From: Pelomyxa schiedti
Lineage: Eukaryota; Protista; Evosea
DNA: 64,000 nucleotides
NCBI GenBank assembly: GCA_020536535.1
Contig: JAHLWZ010000615.1
Span: 18,027-82,026, forward strand
Direction of reading: 5' to 3'
The translations under genes and the position numbers were made by a program. How positions within the stretch are numbered: position 1 is the first letter of the stretch; each line of letters begins with the position of its first letter. The notes under the pieces are model-generated. The model saw nothing but the letters and a program-made list of their open reading frames with translations, searched no databases and was not told the DNA's origin. Positions 1 to 12,700 of this stretch are shown here, in pieces.

Positions 1-1449
1 TAACACGATCATTTATCCCCAGAATAGTGTCTTCTTTCGATGCAGTGACCAAGCTGAATGTGATGAATGGGAACAAGCTTTGAGTCAACATCTTGCTGCA
101 TACAGGTATGCAGACCAATCTATGGCTCCACCCTTATTCTTTAAGTCCTGGAGCAACTCACACTCAACTGTTCTGCGTTTCCCTTGAAGCATTAGTTCAA
201 CGCCCTGCAGAGCAAGCTGCACACAGTCACATTCCTTTACCAGTGAGTATCTTCGCCACTCCCAGTACCTAATCTCATCCCTTAGATACAAGCTATACTG
301 CATGTATTGATGGAAGAGGGGCCAAAGGAAGAAGGCATCTTTCGAGTTCCAGGTTTGAAGAATCTCCTTTTTTTTTCATTCTAATGGCGCATAAGGTTTA
401 AAAGACGAAATCGACAAATGTGTGAAGCTGCTAGATAAAGGGAAACCTATTCCTAGCACTACAAGTCCGCATTCTCTCGCTGGCCTCCTGAAACTTTTCC
501 TAAGATCACTACCAGGTAGATTCCTTTCTAAAAAGTCCTCTCTTAGGCTTTACAGACCCACTTATACCAACTGCACTTTCCACGGAGATTTCAGCCATAT
601 TTTCACTTACCTGTGTCCATGAAAAGAACTCGGAGATTGCCAGAATTCTAAACAAGTTCCCATTATCACATAAAGTTCTACTACTAGAAATTTCCAAGCT
701 ATGCAGCCGGTTTGTCTCCTCAGTTTTTTTTTTTTAATTTTTGGAACCAAATTCTAGAATCGCGCAGAGCCCCAGGACACAGATGACGTCACAAAATCTT
801 GCAGTTGTAATAGGGCCTAACCTATCACGTGACAGCACTGACCACTCTGCAACAAGTGTTTTGAGCATGCTAAGAGGTGTAAGAACAAGCAGTTTATTAT
901 TCGAGTCGCTAGTTCAAAACTACGATGTTTGTAATCCAACACCTTTTCACACAAGTTCATATTCGCGTTTTCATTTACATTCCATTATAGGACATTGTAC
1001 ACCCCCGTCCTCTTCAACCAGTATCCAGCTCACCCAAAAGGAACTATCGCCAAGCTAGAGTATCCCCAGATTCCAATCCACCAACCACCCTCTCTGATGA
1101 AAACTCGCCACAAACAACTCACACCAGTCCTTCCTCACAATCATCTGCACATGATGACAGTGCTGCCAGTGACCTTTGTGCTCTCTTCATGTATCACTCT
1201 CTTTTTGTTTCTGCTGTGTTCTCTAATTCTTACCTACTGACTCGGCACAGGTCACAAGCCAACGAAACTGGGCAAATGACTACAGCTCAATTTGCGGAAT
1301 TCTTTGATCGTTTGTATGAAGTATCCACCACATTGGGAATGGACTACAAAGATAGGCGGAGTATAATAAAACTTGCTGTGGATTCATCAACCGGCACTGT
1401 TACAAAGGAAACTTTCATGCAACTTTGTATGAGCTTACTGATGGAATGA
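1..1449 (+). CDS. RhoGAP-domain protein, 5'-partial, multi-exon, with EF-hand-like C-terminus
   Basis: Spliced exons give EEGIFRVPG (Arg finger), HSLAGLLKLFLRSLP, and TQMTSQNLAVVIGPNL. The last exon (MTTAQFAEFF...VDSSTGTVTKETFMQL) ends at TGA 1447-1449. Confidence 0.85.
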
Positions 1450-1512
1450 ACTCCATTAAAAAAAAAATAAGTTATGTTTTGGAATGCTTTCCTATTCTTT
1501 TGTCACTTGTTT

Positions 1513-3651
1513 TTATGGTTGGGATGCGTCTGAGTGTGACGTTGACGTGGTAGTGGTTTGTGTTTGGTGTTCTTGATCACTTCCCTCGTTGTCGTCTTCA
1601 TCACTGGAAGGTGCTTGGAAGGAGCAGCTTGTATTCTCCACAAGGTCAGGCTGTAGGAAGGCGTCTTGTTGGTGCTGGCTCTTTGAAGTGGATAGTGTGG
1701 AAATGGATGCTGAGTTGTGTGTGTGTTTTGGAAGCGGCCGCGTGTGCAACTTGAGTTGGGAAGGGCCATCAGAAAGTAAATCAGTCGGGTCAATTCGGAG
1801 ACTATACAGCGGGAAGGTGCAGCCAGCAATAAAGTATAACAATTCTGGTTGTAAAAGAGTGTTTTCGAGTTCCTGAGGCAATATTCCCTGGGCTTCCCAT
1901 TTTCTGAAGTGGCGACCAGTTAGAAAGATCGACAATGGGTACAAAATACCTGCATATGGCAATTAGACTTGACAGGGATACTTGATGTTCCATTTTGCTC
2001 TTGGTGCCCAGAGAAAAGAACCGCTGCTGAACTCCGGTTTCATTCACTGTTTCCTCCACGTCAACTTTTTCAGGGAATTGAATGCCCACAGAGGAATCAA
2101 ACGTGCTTATTACGGTGTACATGGTAGTTGACTCAACTTCAAGGGAAAGGGTAACCCTCTTGCCAGTTGGATCAATTGAGGCGGACTTAGCGCGTAGTTG
2201 GCCTGAGGGAAGCTTAAACGGCACAAATGTTACGTGTGGCTCCTTCTCATAATTCAAGAATGCCTTCTCCCCATGCCTGGATTGGGTATTATGTGATGTT
2301 CGAGGGAGGACTAAATATGTACTTCAAAACTCTAAGGGAAGATTCCCCTAGAAGCTCAATCCCGGAGTTGTCCTCTTTGTAAATTGTGACTCTCCCTTCT
2401 GGTAACACATTGTTCGTGACATTTTTGATACGAATGGCGTGGTATGGGTGCGCCTTATCGACGGCCTTCATTGATTAGATGTTAGACCCGAAGGAAAAAA
2501 ATGAGCAAGGGCCACACAGGGTTGAAGTATAGAGTGGCAGTAGCAAATAAAACGAGGCTCTTAACAATGACACCAACGGATGAGTGAGGGGGAACAGTGA
2601 GTGTCAGAATTGCATTGCCACGCGCATCATCCAGAGATTCACGGGGAGGCATGAGAGTTACAGGTACACTATCCCAGTTTTCAGCAGAAGAGTTTGGAAT
2701 CCACACCCATTCTATTGTACTTGATTATGAAGTTTGACTACCCATAACTGAATACGTTGAAGGGTAGCCTTGTCTCCCCCAGTGAGAATCAACTTGAAAG
2801 CAACTTTGAAGCCCTCGTCAACAATCGCATAATTGACAGCTAATTCACTAAAGTAAGAGTAAGAAAGCCGCTCTAAAAACACAGCCACCAGCACAACAGC
2901 CAGCCATACACAGAACCGAACAACACACATACACACACCAATACAGATACACATATGCATACATAGGCTTATTTGCCAGAGACACTATGCGTAACTCCCT
3001 AGCAGAGTGCTGGGCCACAACAGACACATCGTCGGGGCTCGGAGTAGACACAGATATGGTCTCAACGCACTTGTCGAACTGTGATTCCAGCGTGAACGGG
3101 ATGCAGACCTCGGCCCCAGGGGCGAGGCTGCCGAGCCTGCGGATCACCAGCGTGCCGTCGTGATACGCCCGCACCCCGACGATGGGCAGCGCCTCCGTGG
3201 CCCCGCCCGCCCCCAGGGCCCCGCCCCCCCCGTTCGGCTGGGTCACCCCTGGCGTGCGCTCCATCTTGCGCCGCTTCCCCAGCCCCGCTGCCAGTCCCTG
3301 CTGCTGTGCCTGTGCCTGTGGCTGGGGAGAAGCTGCGGCCGCGGTTGGGGCTTGCGGTTGGGCTGCTGCGAGTGCCGCGGCAGTGGTGGGTGGGGCTGTG
3401 GGCGTGGGCTTGGTGGCGCTTGTGGTGGTGCTGGTGGGGGTGGGCGCGGACTTGGGGAGGGACGAGGGCGCGGCTACAGATGTGGAAGGAGGGCTGGCGG
3501 GCTTGGAGTCTGGCTGGGGAGGTTGGGCTGTCGTGCTTGGGGGGGAAGTCGCAGGGGGATCTCGTTTCCCTGCGGCAGTAAGCGGCGGGCGCGAGGCCGG
3601 AGTCGACGCCACAGTCTCCTTCTTGCTGTCTGCACCCTGCTCCTGCGACAT
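1513..3651 (-). CDS. DUF4139-like protein with P/T/A-rich N-terminus, multi-exon
   Basis: ATG at 3651 (MSQEQ...). Exons include IVGVRAYHDGTLVIRR, QLWVWIPNSSAENWDSVPVTL and PYHAIRIKNVTNNVLPEGRVTIY...LLGES, resembling DUF4140/DUF4139 proteins from memory. Confidence 0.55.
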
Positions 3652-3821
3652 CACTTTCTTTTGTGTCTGTTTTTTAGTGTTTTCCTGGGAATCCTTCTTG
3701 CTGCAGAAGTCAAGCCGCCTGTATAGGCGCAACCTTTTTCTACTGCGTACCCACAAGGAGAGTCAACAACGTCCAAGAATCCTCCTGAGAAACATCGAAT
3801 TTTATTGGTGGTAGTGCGCCG

Positions 3822-6282
3822 ATGTCGTCGACGGGTTCCAACCGACTCAGTGGCAGCAACAAGGGTCTTGGGCTGCCCATGGCTACCACGACCACGCCCA
3901 GGGGCCACTCCACATCCAACCCCCCGTTCCCAGACGGCACGGCCGCCACCGCCACCGCAGCCGCAGCGTCGACGACGGCCTGCTGTCCCACGCCCCCCGC
4001 CACCACCTCGCCCTTCGCCAACGTCGTCAACACCGCCATCCTCGGACCCCCGGTGCACGCCACCCCTCCGCCGCCTCCTCCGCCCCAGCAGCCCCCGCCG
4101 CAGCCGCAGCCCCCTCCACCGCTGCCCCCCGCCATCCCCCCCACCACCAGCAGCAGCAGCACCAGCTCCTTCTCTCCACTGCAGGGCCCCAGCGTGGGGT
4201 GTGAGCCGTCTCCCTCGCTGCTCTCCATGTCTCTTCCCCCGGCGTTGCCGCCCCCAGGGGTGCCTCCTTGCTCGTCGCCCCCGCTATCGGCGCTGTCCGA
4301 GCGCTCTGGGAGGATATCCAGGCACCCCAAGTCCGCTTCGGCTGTAAATTTAATGAACATCCTCAAACAAGGTGTGCCGATTACATTACGCACACATTCC
4401 AAACAATGTGTTGTCTGTATTATGTGCCCAACTTATTGATATAGGGGATGCAAATGTAACCAACGCCTTGGGTGCGGCTTATGCCGCTGCTTTGGCTGGT
4501 GTTAGCACCAAGGACCAATCAACATCTTCTGCCATTCATACTCAGTCCACTCCTGTTATACCATCTTCCTTATCTTGCTCCCCCTCCCAGCCATCATCAC
4601 TGTCCATTGCCACCACTCCCGTCGTCCTGCCCCTTCCACCTGACGTGAGCGAAGCGGATATTGTGGCAGCAATTAACTCGGCAAGAGAAAGCCCTAATTC
4701 CTTCTCTGGCAAACTACTTGAGGCTGTCAAATCCCAGACCGCTGGTAACTGGGAAAAAAACCTGCACTTTACAACTGAATATGACTTGCAGATAAGCTAC
4801 AACCCTTGAGTTTTCTGGGTATTTTCAAACCATTGCCTGAGGGCGTACCCCATGTTCGGGTCGCCCTTGAATTTTTGAGGGGTACTCCTCCAGTGCCCCC
4901 AGTCAAGCTATCTCAGCAGCTTTCCGATTTAGCAAAAGCCCGTGCAGCTGAATTTTTATCTCCGTCATCAGGTTTTTCCCATAGATAACCACTGAATCCC
5001 TAACAGCATTTTGAAGAATATTTATCCCCTAAAGAAGTTCAGTCTGTTGGTATTGTAAGAGTCCTACTTTAGTTTCGCTTGTCAAATTTCATGAGCTGAC
5101 AGGGAGTGATGCTCACGCGATTATCGGTTGTCTCAGCTGTCAACCTTGTAATGCAGTGGGCTGTAGATGCTTCAAGCCCCAATTTTGAATCGCGTTCTGT
5201 ACTATTCAATCCTTCCTATCAATATGTATTCGAATTGAAGTGTTATGATAAGTAACAATAACTGTATCTAGATCGGGTTTCACACTGGAAGATTCGGAAA
5301 AAACAATAACAATTTCATTGTTGTTTTATTTTCGAGTATTCCTCATGAAGTTTTCAAGTCGGTACTTATGGATTCTGCAGTTTTATCTGGTCGTCCCTTT
5401 CTCCTTCTCGTATTAAATCTCACTAAAGTGCAGACACGGACGCGGAATATAAATTGGATTTTGGTCAGGTGATGCCTCCAGGAGGAACAGTCTGTGCCGC
5501 CAAAATTGGAGACTCCAGAGTAGAACTGAGGTTTGAGTCTACTGTTAGCTTTAGCTTCCATTAATTCAGGAGCCAGATTTGACTGGCAGGAACTGTCTGC
5601 ATTTCGTATTTTAGTGCTTCCTTTCCAAATTGATGCAAAAGGCATCCGTATTAAGTATGGAACATGCAATCCAACTCAGAGTACTTACTCTCTAGATATT
5701 CAACTGAGGGTCGAGTCATTCTTTGGTGTGAAAAAGGCTCCATTACGGCTTCTTCAACTGAGGTAATGCAGTGACCTTATTTCCTCGGGGCTGAGATAAC
5801 ATGGAGAAAAGGCACCCGTTACCAAATTATGGCAAGACACATTAGGACCTAACGTAGCACCAGCGGCACCAGAACGCGTTCTTGTGACCACAGTTCAGAG
5901 CGGGAACCTTGAGGCTGTAGCAGTTCAAGTTTCTCCCTCAAGATACAAGACTTTAGTAATCGCCCAGTCCATTCAGCGGAACGGCCAGCCGGAGATTCTG
6001 TTCACGTTCAAGGTTCCTTCATCCTCCTAAATTCCCCCTAAAGTCACATTTTTTTCTCTGCAGCACGAAGCACCAGGCAGAGATGAAGACGGCGAATACA
6101 TAGACACTGTAGAGTACAATGTAATCGTGAAACTTCCGTTTCCCATTCACCCGGACTGCACCAAAGTATCCGTGGTCAACGGCCAACTTGTGATCGGTGC
6201 GCAGATGAAGAAATCTCTCAGTTCAAGTGCCGTCAATGTTGGTTCCCTGAGAGAACCCATCCTTGGCGTATCTGTATTGTAA
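3822..6282 (+). CDS. CAP/SCP-like domain protein with proline-rich N-terminus and possible HSP20-like C-terminal beta domain
   Basis: DIVAAINSARESP, ALEFLRGTPPVPPVKLSQQLSDLAK and QWAVDASSPNFESRSVLFNPSYQY resemble the CAP fold. The terminal exon VKLPFPIHPDCTKVSVVNGQLVIG ends at TAA 6280-6282. Confidence 0.55.
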
Positions 6283-6685
6283 AAATAAAAGCACAGAAAC
6301 TTTTCAAATTTTCTTTTTCTTTTCTATTCTATTTGGAGCAAATAAAAAAGGCAGGATGGCATCGTCGCCCGGCGCTGTCAGGTACATGCCAACTACAAGC
6401 ATTTTCACAATCAAATAACCAACGTAGCCGTTGCCGTGATCTACTGACTGATTTTTGTGCAAGTGGGAAGGCGGAGAAACGGAAAGAGAAAGGCACAAAA
6501 CACGTACGTTGTCGTCGCTTTTACGTTGTCGATTATTATACAATAACCTCTAAGCTAAAAATCTCTTCAATTAACAACTATTTCGAACACAGACACAACA
6601 CCAAGAGCAGGCAACCCCTGCTGACGCTAATAGAAAACCTGATATGCAAAAAACATCGTCAATTGAAGGTGACGCCTTGTCGAAG

Positions 6686-8263
6686 ATGCTGGCGGCCGTT
6701 CATGTTCCAAGGATCAAGACTCCTGTTGCCACCGCCGTGCAGGAAGAACAGAACCAGGTGTTGATTGAGTTTTGAATCTGTTCCCGTACAAGGTGGTGCT
6801 TACTGGTTGTGCAGGCAAACGAGAACAGCAGAACCGTCAAAGGGCATGCTGTATCTACCCCCTCCACCCCGTCTGGAACTACAAGGAAAAAGACACGAGA
6901 CGACGACGAAGAACAAGAACAAGAAAATAGAACCAGTGATGCTTGGAGTAATGCGCGTACCTGTAACAGTAAAAGTGGTGGCGAAACGATCAACAGCAAT
7001 AGTTCACGGGGTGATCCCAGCAAAGCACCTCCTCATTCTTCCAGCTGGAATTCCAGTCGTCAAAGTGGGGATGGCTGTTTCACATGTGGGGCCCTTGGTC
7101 ACCTTTCAAGAGAATGCCCCTCGGGGAAAGGCTGCTTTGCCTGCGGAGCCACTGGGCATTGGTCTCGCGAGTGTCCTAACAAAGGAGGGGTTCGCCCCCA
7201 GGGTGGTTCCACAATCGCAAGCAAAGGCACAGACGAGACCAGCAGCAGGTCAGAAGGAGGTACAAAGCGTACATGCTACTGCTGTGGTGAAATGGGGCAC
7301 AATGCGGCCGAGTGCCCGAGGAGGGCGGGAGGAAGCGCCAGGAGCGGCGGCTGCTTCATATGCTCCAAAATCGGGCATATTTCGCGGGACTGCCCCTCCA
7401 GGAGCATGGGTGCCACCTCTGCCCCCCAAAGGAGTAATGAGAACCCATCGCCATCAAAGAACTCAGGCTCGCGGGGGTACAGCAGCCCGGTTGATAGTTT
7501 GACTAGCCCTGGGGTGGAAACGCGGAGCTCCCCAACGAAACCCCTTCAGCCAATTCTCAAGAACTCCTCGGTTACATTACCACAGAGCACGTGGACTGTA
7601 TCATGTAAGGCTATGGAGAGCCCTGTGCCACCACCAGCACAGCCGGTTTCAGCTCCACAAACTCCTCCCGCCACGCAGTGGAACCCCCCTCCCATTCCTT
7701 CATACAATCCAAGTTTCTCAAATGATTCCAGTACTGTGTGGGGGCCTGGCCCACAGCAAAGTAGCTCCACCATGTATATTCCACCACCAAGCAACGCGTA
7801 CATTCCTCCGGCTCAATCTACAACAAACGAGTGGCTAGGCCAAAACCAAATGGGGTTCCCGCCTGCACAGCACCCTCCCCCTGCCTATGCAGGAACAGCA
7901 ACATTTTCAAGCAGCAGAGGAGCAAGCGAACACGATTTCAGTTCCCGCACTGTTCCGGCTGTCCCTCCTACCAAAACTAGCACGTGCTTTGCTTGCAACC
8001 AGCCTGGTCACTTCGCACGCCAGTGCCCGCGGAACTCCCTCAGACCCGTGCGGTACCGCTCGCGATCGCGCTCCCGCTCCCGGTCTCCCCCTCGTCGGCA
8101 TTCTCCCTCACCCTCACGCTTCCGCCCACGTTCACCCCTACGGCGTCGCTCCAGGTCGCGGTCTCGCTCGCGTTCACCCCCACGGCCAACGATCGCTCTT
8201 CGGGAAAGGGAAAGACTGAACCCAGAGTGGGGCGTTTCCCGTCCCTACTACGAGAACACTTAA
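6686..8263 (+). CDS. CCHC zinc-knuckle (x5) protein with C-terminal RS domain
   Basis: Exon 1 6686-6757, intron 6758-6814, exon 2 6815-8263. Five CX2CX4HX4C motifs plus an RSRSRSRSRSPP tail. Confidence 0.9.
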
Positions 8264-8328
8264 ATGGCAGGATGTGGTGATGACACCCCAAATGTTTTTG
8301 TAATTGAAAGATAAATGTTTTTGTTTGT

Positions 8329-9633
8329 CTAAAGTGAGTGTATTTCCAGAGAAGTTGCACGCCAAAGGGGTCTATCTGGGCTCTTCTCCAGGGTTACCAG
8401 CGCAAATGTCTCGAGCCTGTTGAAGTATGAGTGGGGTATGGGGTTTGTGTTAACTCACTGTAAGGCTCCACCATTCAGTACAGGTATTTTCCCGACATAG
8501 CATGCTCCGGGTGCTTTGTGAGTGTGTCCATGAACGTTGAGAATGGTTTGTTGTGCCTTTGTGGTTTAGAAATCAGAAGAAGAGTGAAAAACGTACCCAT
8601 TTCGATTCTGACAAGAGGCCTGCCAAAGAATTACTTCCGGCGTAAACGCATGGGACACTAACGTTGTCTACTGTAGTAGCTATTGACGGTTAAAATGGAA
8701 AGGAAGAGTCTTAAGACACACAAGAATTGGAGGGCCCAACGTGGGTCATAAGAATGATTGAATCGGTTGGACAAATCGAAGTACTTATAGGAATAGAGGG
8801 TGTTTCTGTGCTGGAAAGGGCTTGTACAACTCCCTCACTGATCTGGTCATCTCGGCGAAAAGGGAAGGCTGCGGGGCGTTAGTAACTACTCCGGAATGTG
8901 ATGAATACCTCCATACTCGTACTCAACTCCACCTCTTAGGGAAAATGAGTACAAGATGAAGTACAAGTGCAGCTGCATACTTTTGGGCAGGCATTGACCC
9001 TCCAAAGCCTGCAATCACCAAATTGGGTGCAATCCGAATACTTCTCAAGAGTCAGAAAACAAAAGATTACATTTGGCTCAAGATACCAGAGGCCGTGAAT
9101 GTTAACGGAATTCGTTGTCAATCTTGGAGTTGGTAGTGTATATGTTGATGGGGCGTCATGCTATCTATTATGTAAAAAAAAAAAGGCGTTGCTTTGGGGG
9201 GCCTACATTTCCGGGGATGTAAACAACTCGCGTGCACAGGTTCTCAAGATAGCCTATAACACTACTCATCTCGCCTTCACATTCACAGCACTAGGAACAA
9301 TTTTTCTAGGTGACCACTACAGCAATGTTATACACGTGACAATACACACTTTTTCAGGAATGGATACATCCGTTGACTTGAAAGAGCCCAGATCTCCAGG
9401 CAAAAGAATGAGGTCAATCCTGGCAGAACAGGTTAACCAACACAGCCGTGTTCAAAAAATGCTGGAGAGAACAACTCTTCGTGACTGCGAGTGGCCCATT
9501 TTGCGAGAGCGTGCAAACACTCCATCTTTGCGTGCATGTCACTGACCACCAAGATCCTCAATCTGGTCTTACTCTCGTCAAACCACCACGTCCTCTTTTC
9601 TGTCGAAGACACCGGAGCTGTGCTCGTGGTCAT
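8329..9633 (-). CDS. Calcineurin-like metallophosphoesterase, multi-exon
   Basis: All metal-binding motifs appear after splicing: VSDMH, LPGDLG, YIPGN|HD, MTHVGP and NVHGHTH. Confidence 0.9.
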
Positions 9634-9784
9634 TGGCTTCGCCTTTGTTTTCTTTTTCTTTTCGTTCTCTCGATTTGTGACGCCGAGTTTTCGTCCGCCT
9701 TGCTTTGTGGCATTCGTCCCCGGCTCACCTGTCAACGGGTTGCCTCTTGAGACATCAGATCTCCACAAACCAAAAAAAAAAAAA

Positions 9785-12700
9785 ATGACCGAGGGAGCCA
9801 CCGTCACATGTCCTACGGGTGGGAGTATAACCGCCAGCCCAATGACGACAGTTACTACGTACTACGATGGCGGAGGTGGCATCGAACTCGCCACCACACT
9901 CACCCCACAACAGCAACAGCAACAACAAGGTCGCACTGTGCAGCCACAGTGCATGGACCTTACAATGGGATCTTCGCCGTGCTGCACTGGTGGCACGGAT
10001 TCGGTGTATGCCGCGATGGGTGGGTGCTGCCAGGGAAAACCGCAGCTCGTTGCGGCCAACTACACCACAGATCGTATGATGCAAAGTGGACCAGGGGGAA
10101 ACATCACTGTCGACCCCTCTGCTTATTCTGCAACAACGTCCGTGGGGTTGAGCCCTCTCCCAGGGGCGGTGCGGTATTTTATGCCACCTACACCCTCCCT
10201 GGGGATCCCTGGGGGGAATATGTGCCTGCCAACGGGTATGGTTTTGCCCGTTTCCATGATGGGCCAAAACAATCCCCTAATGCAGCCCTCAACAACTAAT
10301 GGTCCAGCTGGGATCATTAACTGCAGCTCGGGGTGCCTTACCCCGTCTCCATCCACATCGTCGTCGCCATCGCCTTCCTCTGGGACGAGTCCAGGCATGC
10401 ACGGCACTAACAACACAAGTACTGTCAACAACTTAACAGCCATTCCGAGCAACGCTAGTACAACTGGCAATATCCCACAGTCACAGTTGGCACAATATCA
10501 GATACAACTTGCTGCAAGTAACACCAGCCATCCACCTGCGTCCTCTGCCCCGGCACCTCGTCGCGGCCGACGGCCCAGGGCATCAAACGGTACCGGTGCA
10601 AGCCAAACAAGTACGGTTTCAATAAATTGAGTGAGTCTGACACTATTTCAGAAAAAAAAGATAACAAGACAAAACTACAACAACATCCCGCTGCCCCTGG
10701 CCCTACCACTCGCACAAAACGTGGCAGGAAGGCAAAAGCTCCTCCACAAGCCATAACTACAATAAATTCCACCCAGATAACACACCCAGATCCAATGGCA
10801 GTACCACTCGATTTCTCTGGCAACTCAACCTCTACCATTTCTGGTACACAACAACTGCCTTACTCGATTTTACATTCATCGGGTAATATCATTCAATCAC
10901 TCCTGGGCAATAATTGTGGTACTCTTTGTAATACTAACGGTGATAATGAATCACCCAAAAGTAACGGCCTTCCTATTAATAGCCTCTCTTCAGCACCTCT
11001 ACCGCCACCACTGCCGTTACCACTTCCATTGCTTCCAACGCATCTCCCCATTCAAAGAGTGCCCCCGAACGTGACACCAACTCCTGCACCGAACTCTGTA
11101 CCCTTAAGCCCTATTTCCACCGCAAATGCTTCTGTCAGTACTCCCCTTGGCACTCCTTCCCTGAGTTATGATCCTTCAAGTGAAAACCGTATTCCTTGCA
11201 TGGTACCTAATGAGACAAATGAAGACGAAAGCGACGAAATCAGTGAGGACCCACAATCTAAACGTGCAAGACATCAGCTTCCACAATATGGTGTCTTGAT
11301 GTGCAAAATTGGTGGCCGATGGCATTTGTTATCCTGTGGAACTGGAGCCACTATGAATTTTAGTTCCACCAATGTGCCATACTTCAACAACCCAAGTATG
11401 CCCAGCAGTATGGACAACGAAAAATCTACTATGCAAGGCCTCTCTCCGTTTGTGAGTTCTGTTACCTTCGGGGTGAATGGATATAGCTTGCCAAGCCCAC
11501 ACAATACACCCGGTACATGTGGTCAGTTTGAGTGTGAAGGTGCAACTATGGGGGGTGTTTGCAGAATCAGTGGCATCCCCAGCATTCCACACTACAGTGA
11601 GATTGTTGATTCTCTGCGGCAGTACCTGCTTCAAAACTCAAACAGTGCTGTTTCCCAAACACAGCAAAAATATATGAAAAACGCCGTTACATACCACGGC
11701 ATTATGATCCCACAGCTCAAGCAACTATTTAGTACATTCTACACAGAAAAAATAGAGCAGTTTCCCCCTCATGTACAAATATTCATAGCCTACAAGCTCT
11801 TTCAAAATGACTTCCGGGAGGAAAAGGAGGTTTGGGTTGGATAGTCTTCTAATTTTACCTCTCCAAGGTTGGAATTTTGATTCTTCTGAAAAATATCAAG
11901 AACCTCTCTGGTTCTCACCTGCCTGATCTTGCTCTTCTCCTTGATAAGTACGTCAATGATTGGAGTACGTGCGATTCTCTTGCCTCCAAGGTAAATTGTC
12001 TGATTGATTATATTCAACAAATGTCTTATCTCCAGATTTTGAGTGCACTTATCAAAGAAGAGGAAGCTCTCCAAAAACCAGTTGCCGAATGGGCTGACAG
12101 TCCAAGCATGTGGAGGCAACGAGCATGCTGCGTTGCCTTCGTTAAAATTGGAAGATTTAGGGACAACAGTATTGAGCTAGTGTTGGGAATCTGCTGCAGT
12201 TGTCTGAGGTTGGCATTCCATCCCCCCCTTTTTTTCTGAGTGTACAACAGAAATAATGAACGATTTGTTCAACTTGGGGTTGGATGGTTGTTGAGAGAAT
12301 TAAGTGTATCCCACAAAGAAACAGTTATAAACTTTATAAGAGGTTTCATGAGGGCCTTAGAATTCTTCACTTACGATCCAACAGAAAATTGCACCAGTAT
12401 GTCAGCAGAGAGTGTGAGGTACGCCGTAGAGAAACTGGAACAACCCCTCAGAAAGGAGGTTATTGGCTATGTGAAGGCAGGAAAACTCACATCTCCTACG
12501 GTCTCTACAACGAATATGAATTCGAGTATGATGTTACCGAGTTTCAAACCCTATTGTAATCTCTGTCACCACAACAGACCCCCCTGAATCGTCACAGATA
12601 CCATATGAGACACAAAAACCATCTCTCAATACCAATCCACAATCCCAACCATTATCCCAGAATGAAGATACTCTTCTATCAAGTTCAATGACAACTTCAC

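Noticed and set aside
3160-4402. Many long overlapping ORFs on both strands (also 34280-35134, 41390-41902, 46059-46860)
   Set aside because: These are shadow ORFs from GC-rich low-complexity exons that lack stop codons.
6815-8263. Retrotransposon Gag
   Set aside because: No protease, RT, integrase or LTRs; it has an intron and an RS tail.
10611-10651. Apparent in-frame TGA or frameshift between two long ORFs (readthrough, selenocysteine or recoding)
   Set aside because: A 41-nt GT-AG intron removes the stop and restores the frame exactly.
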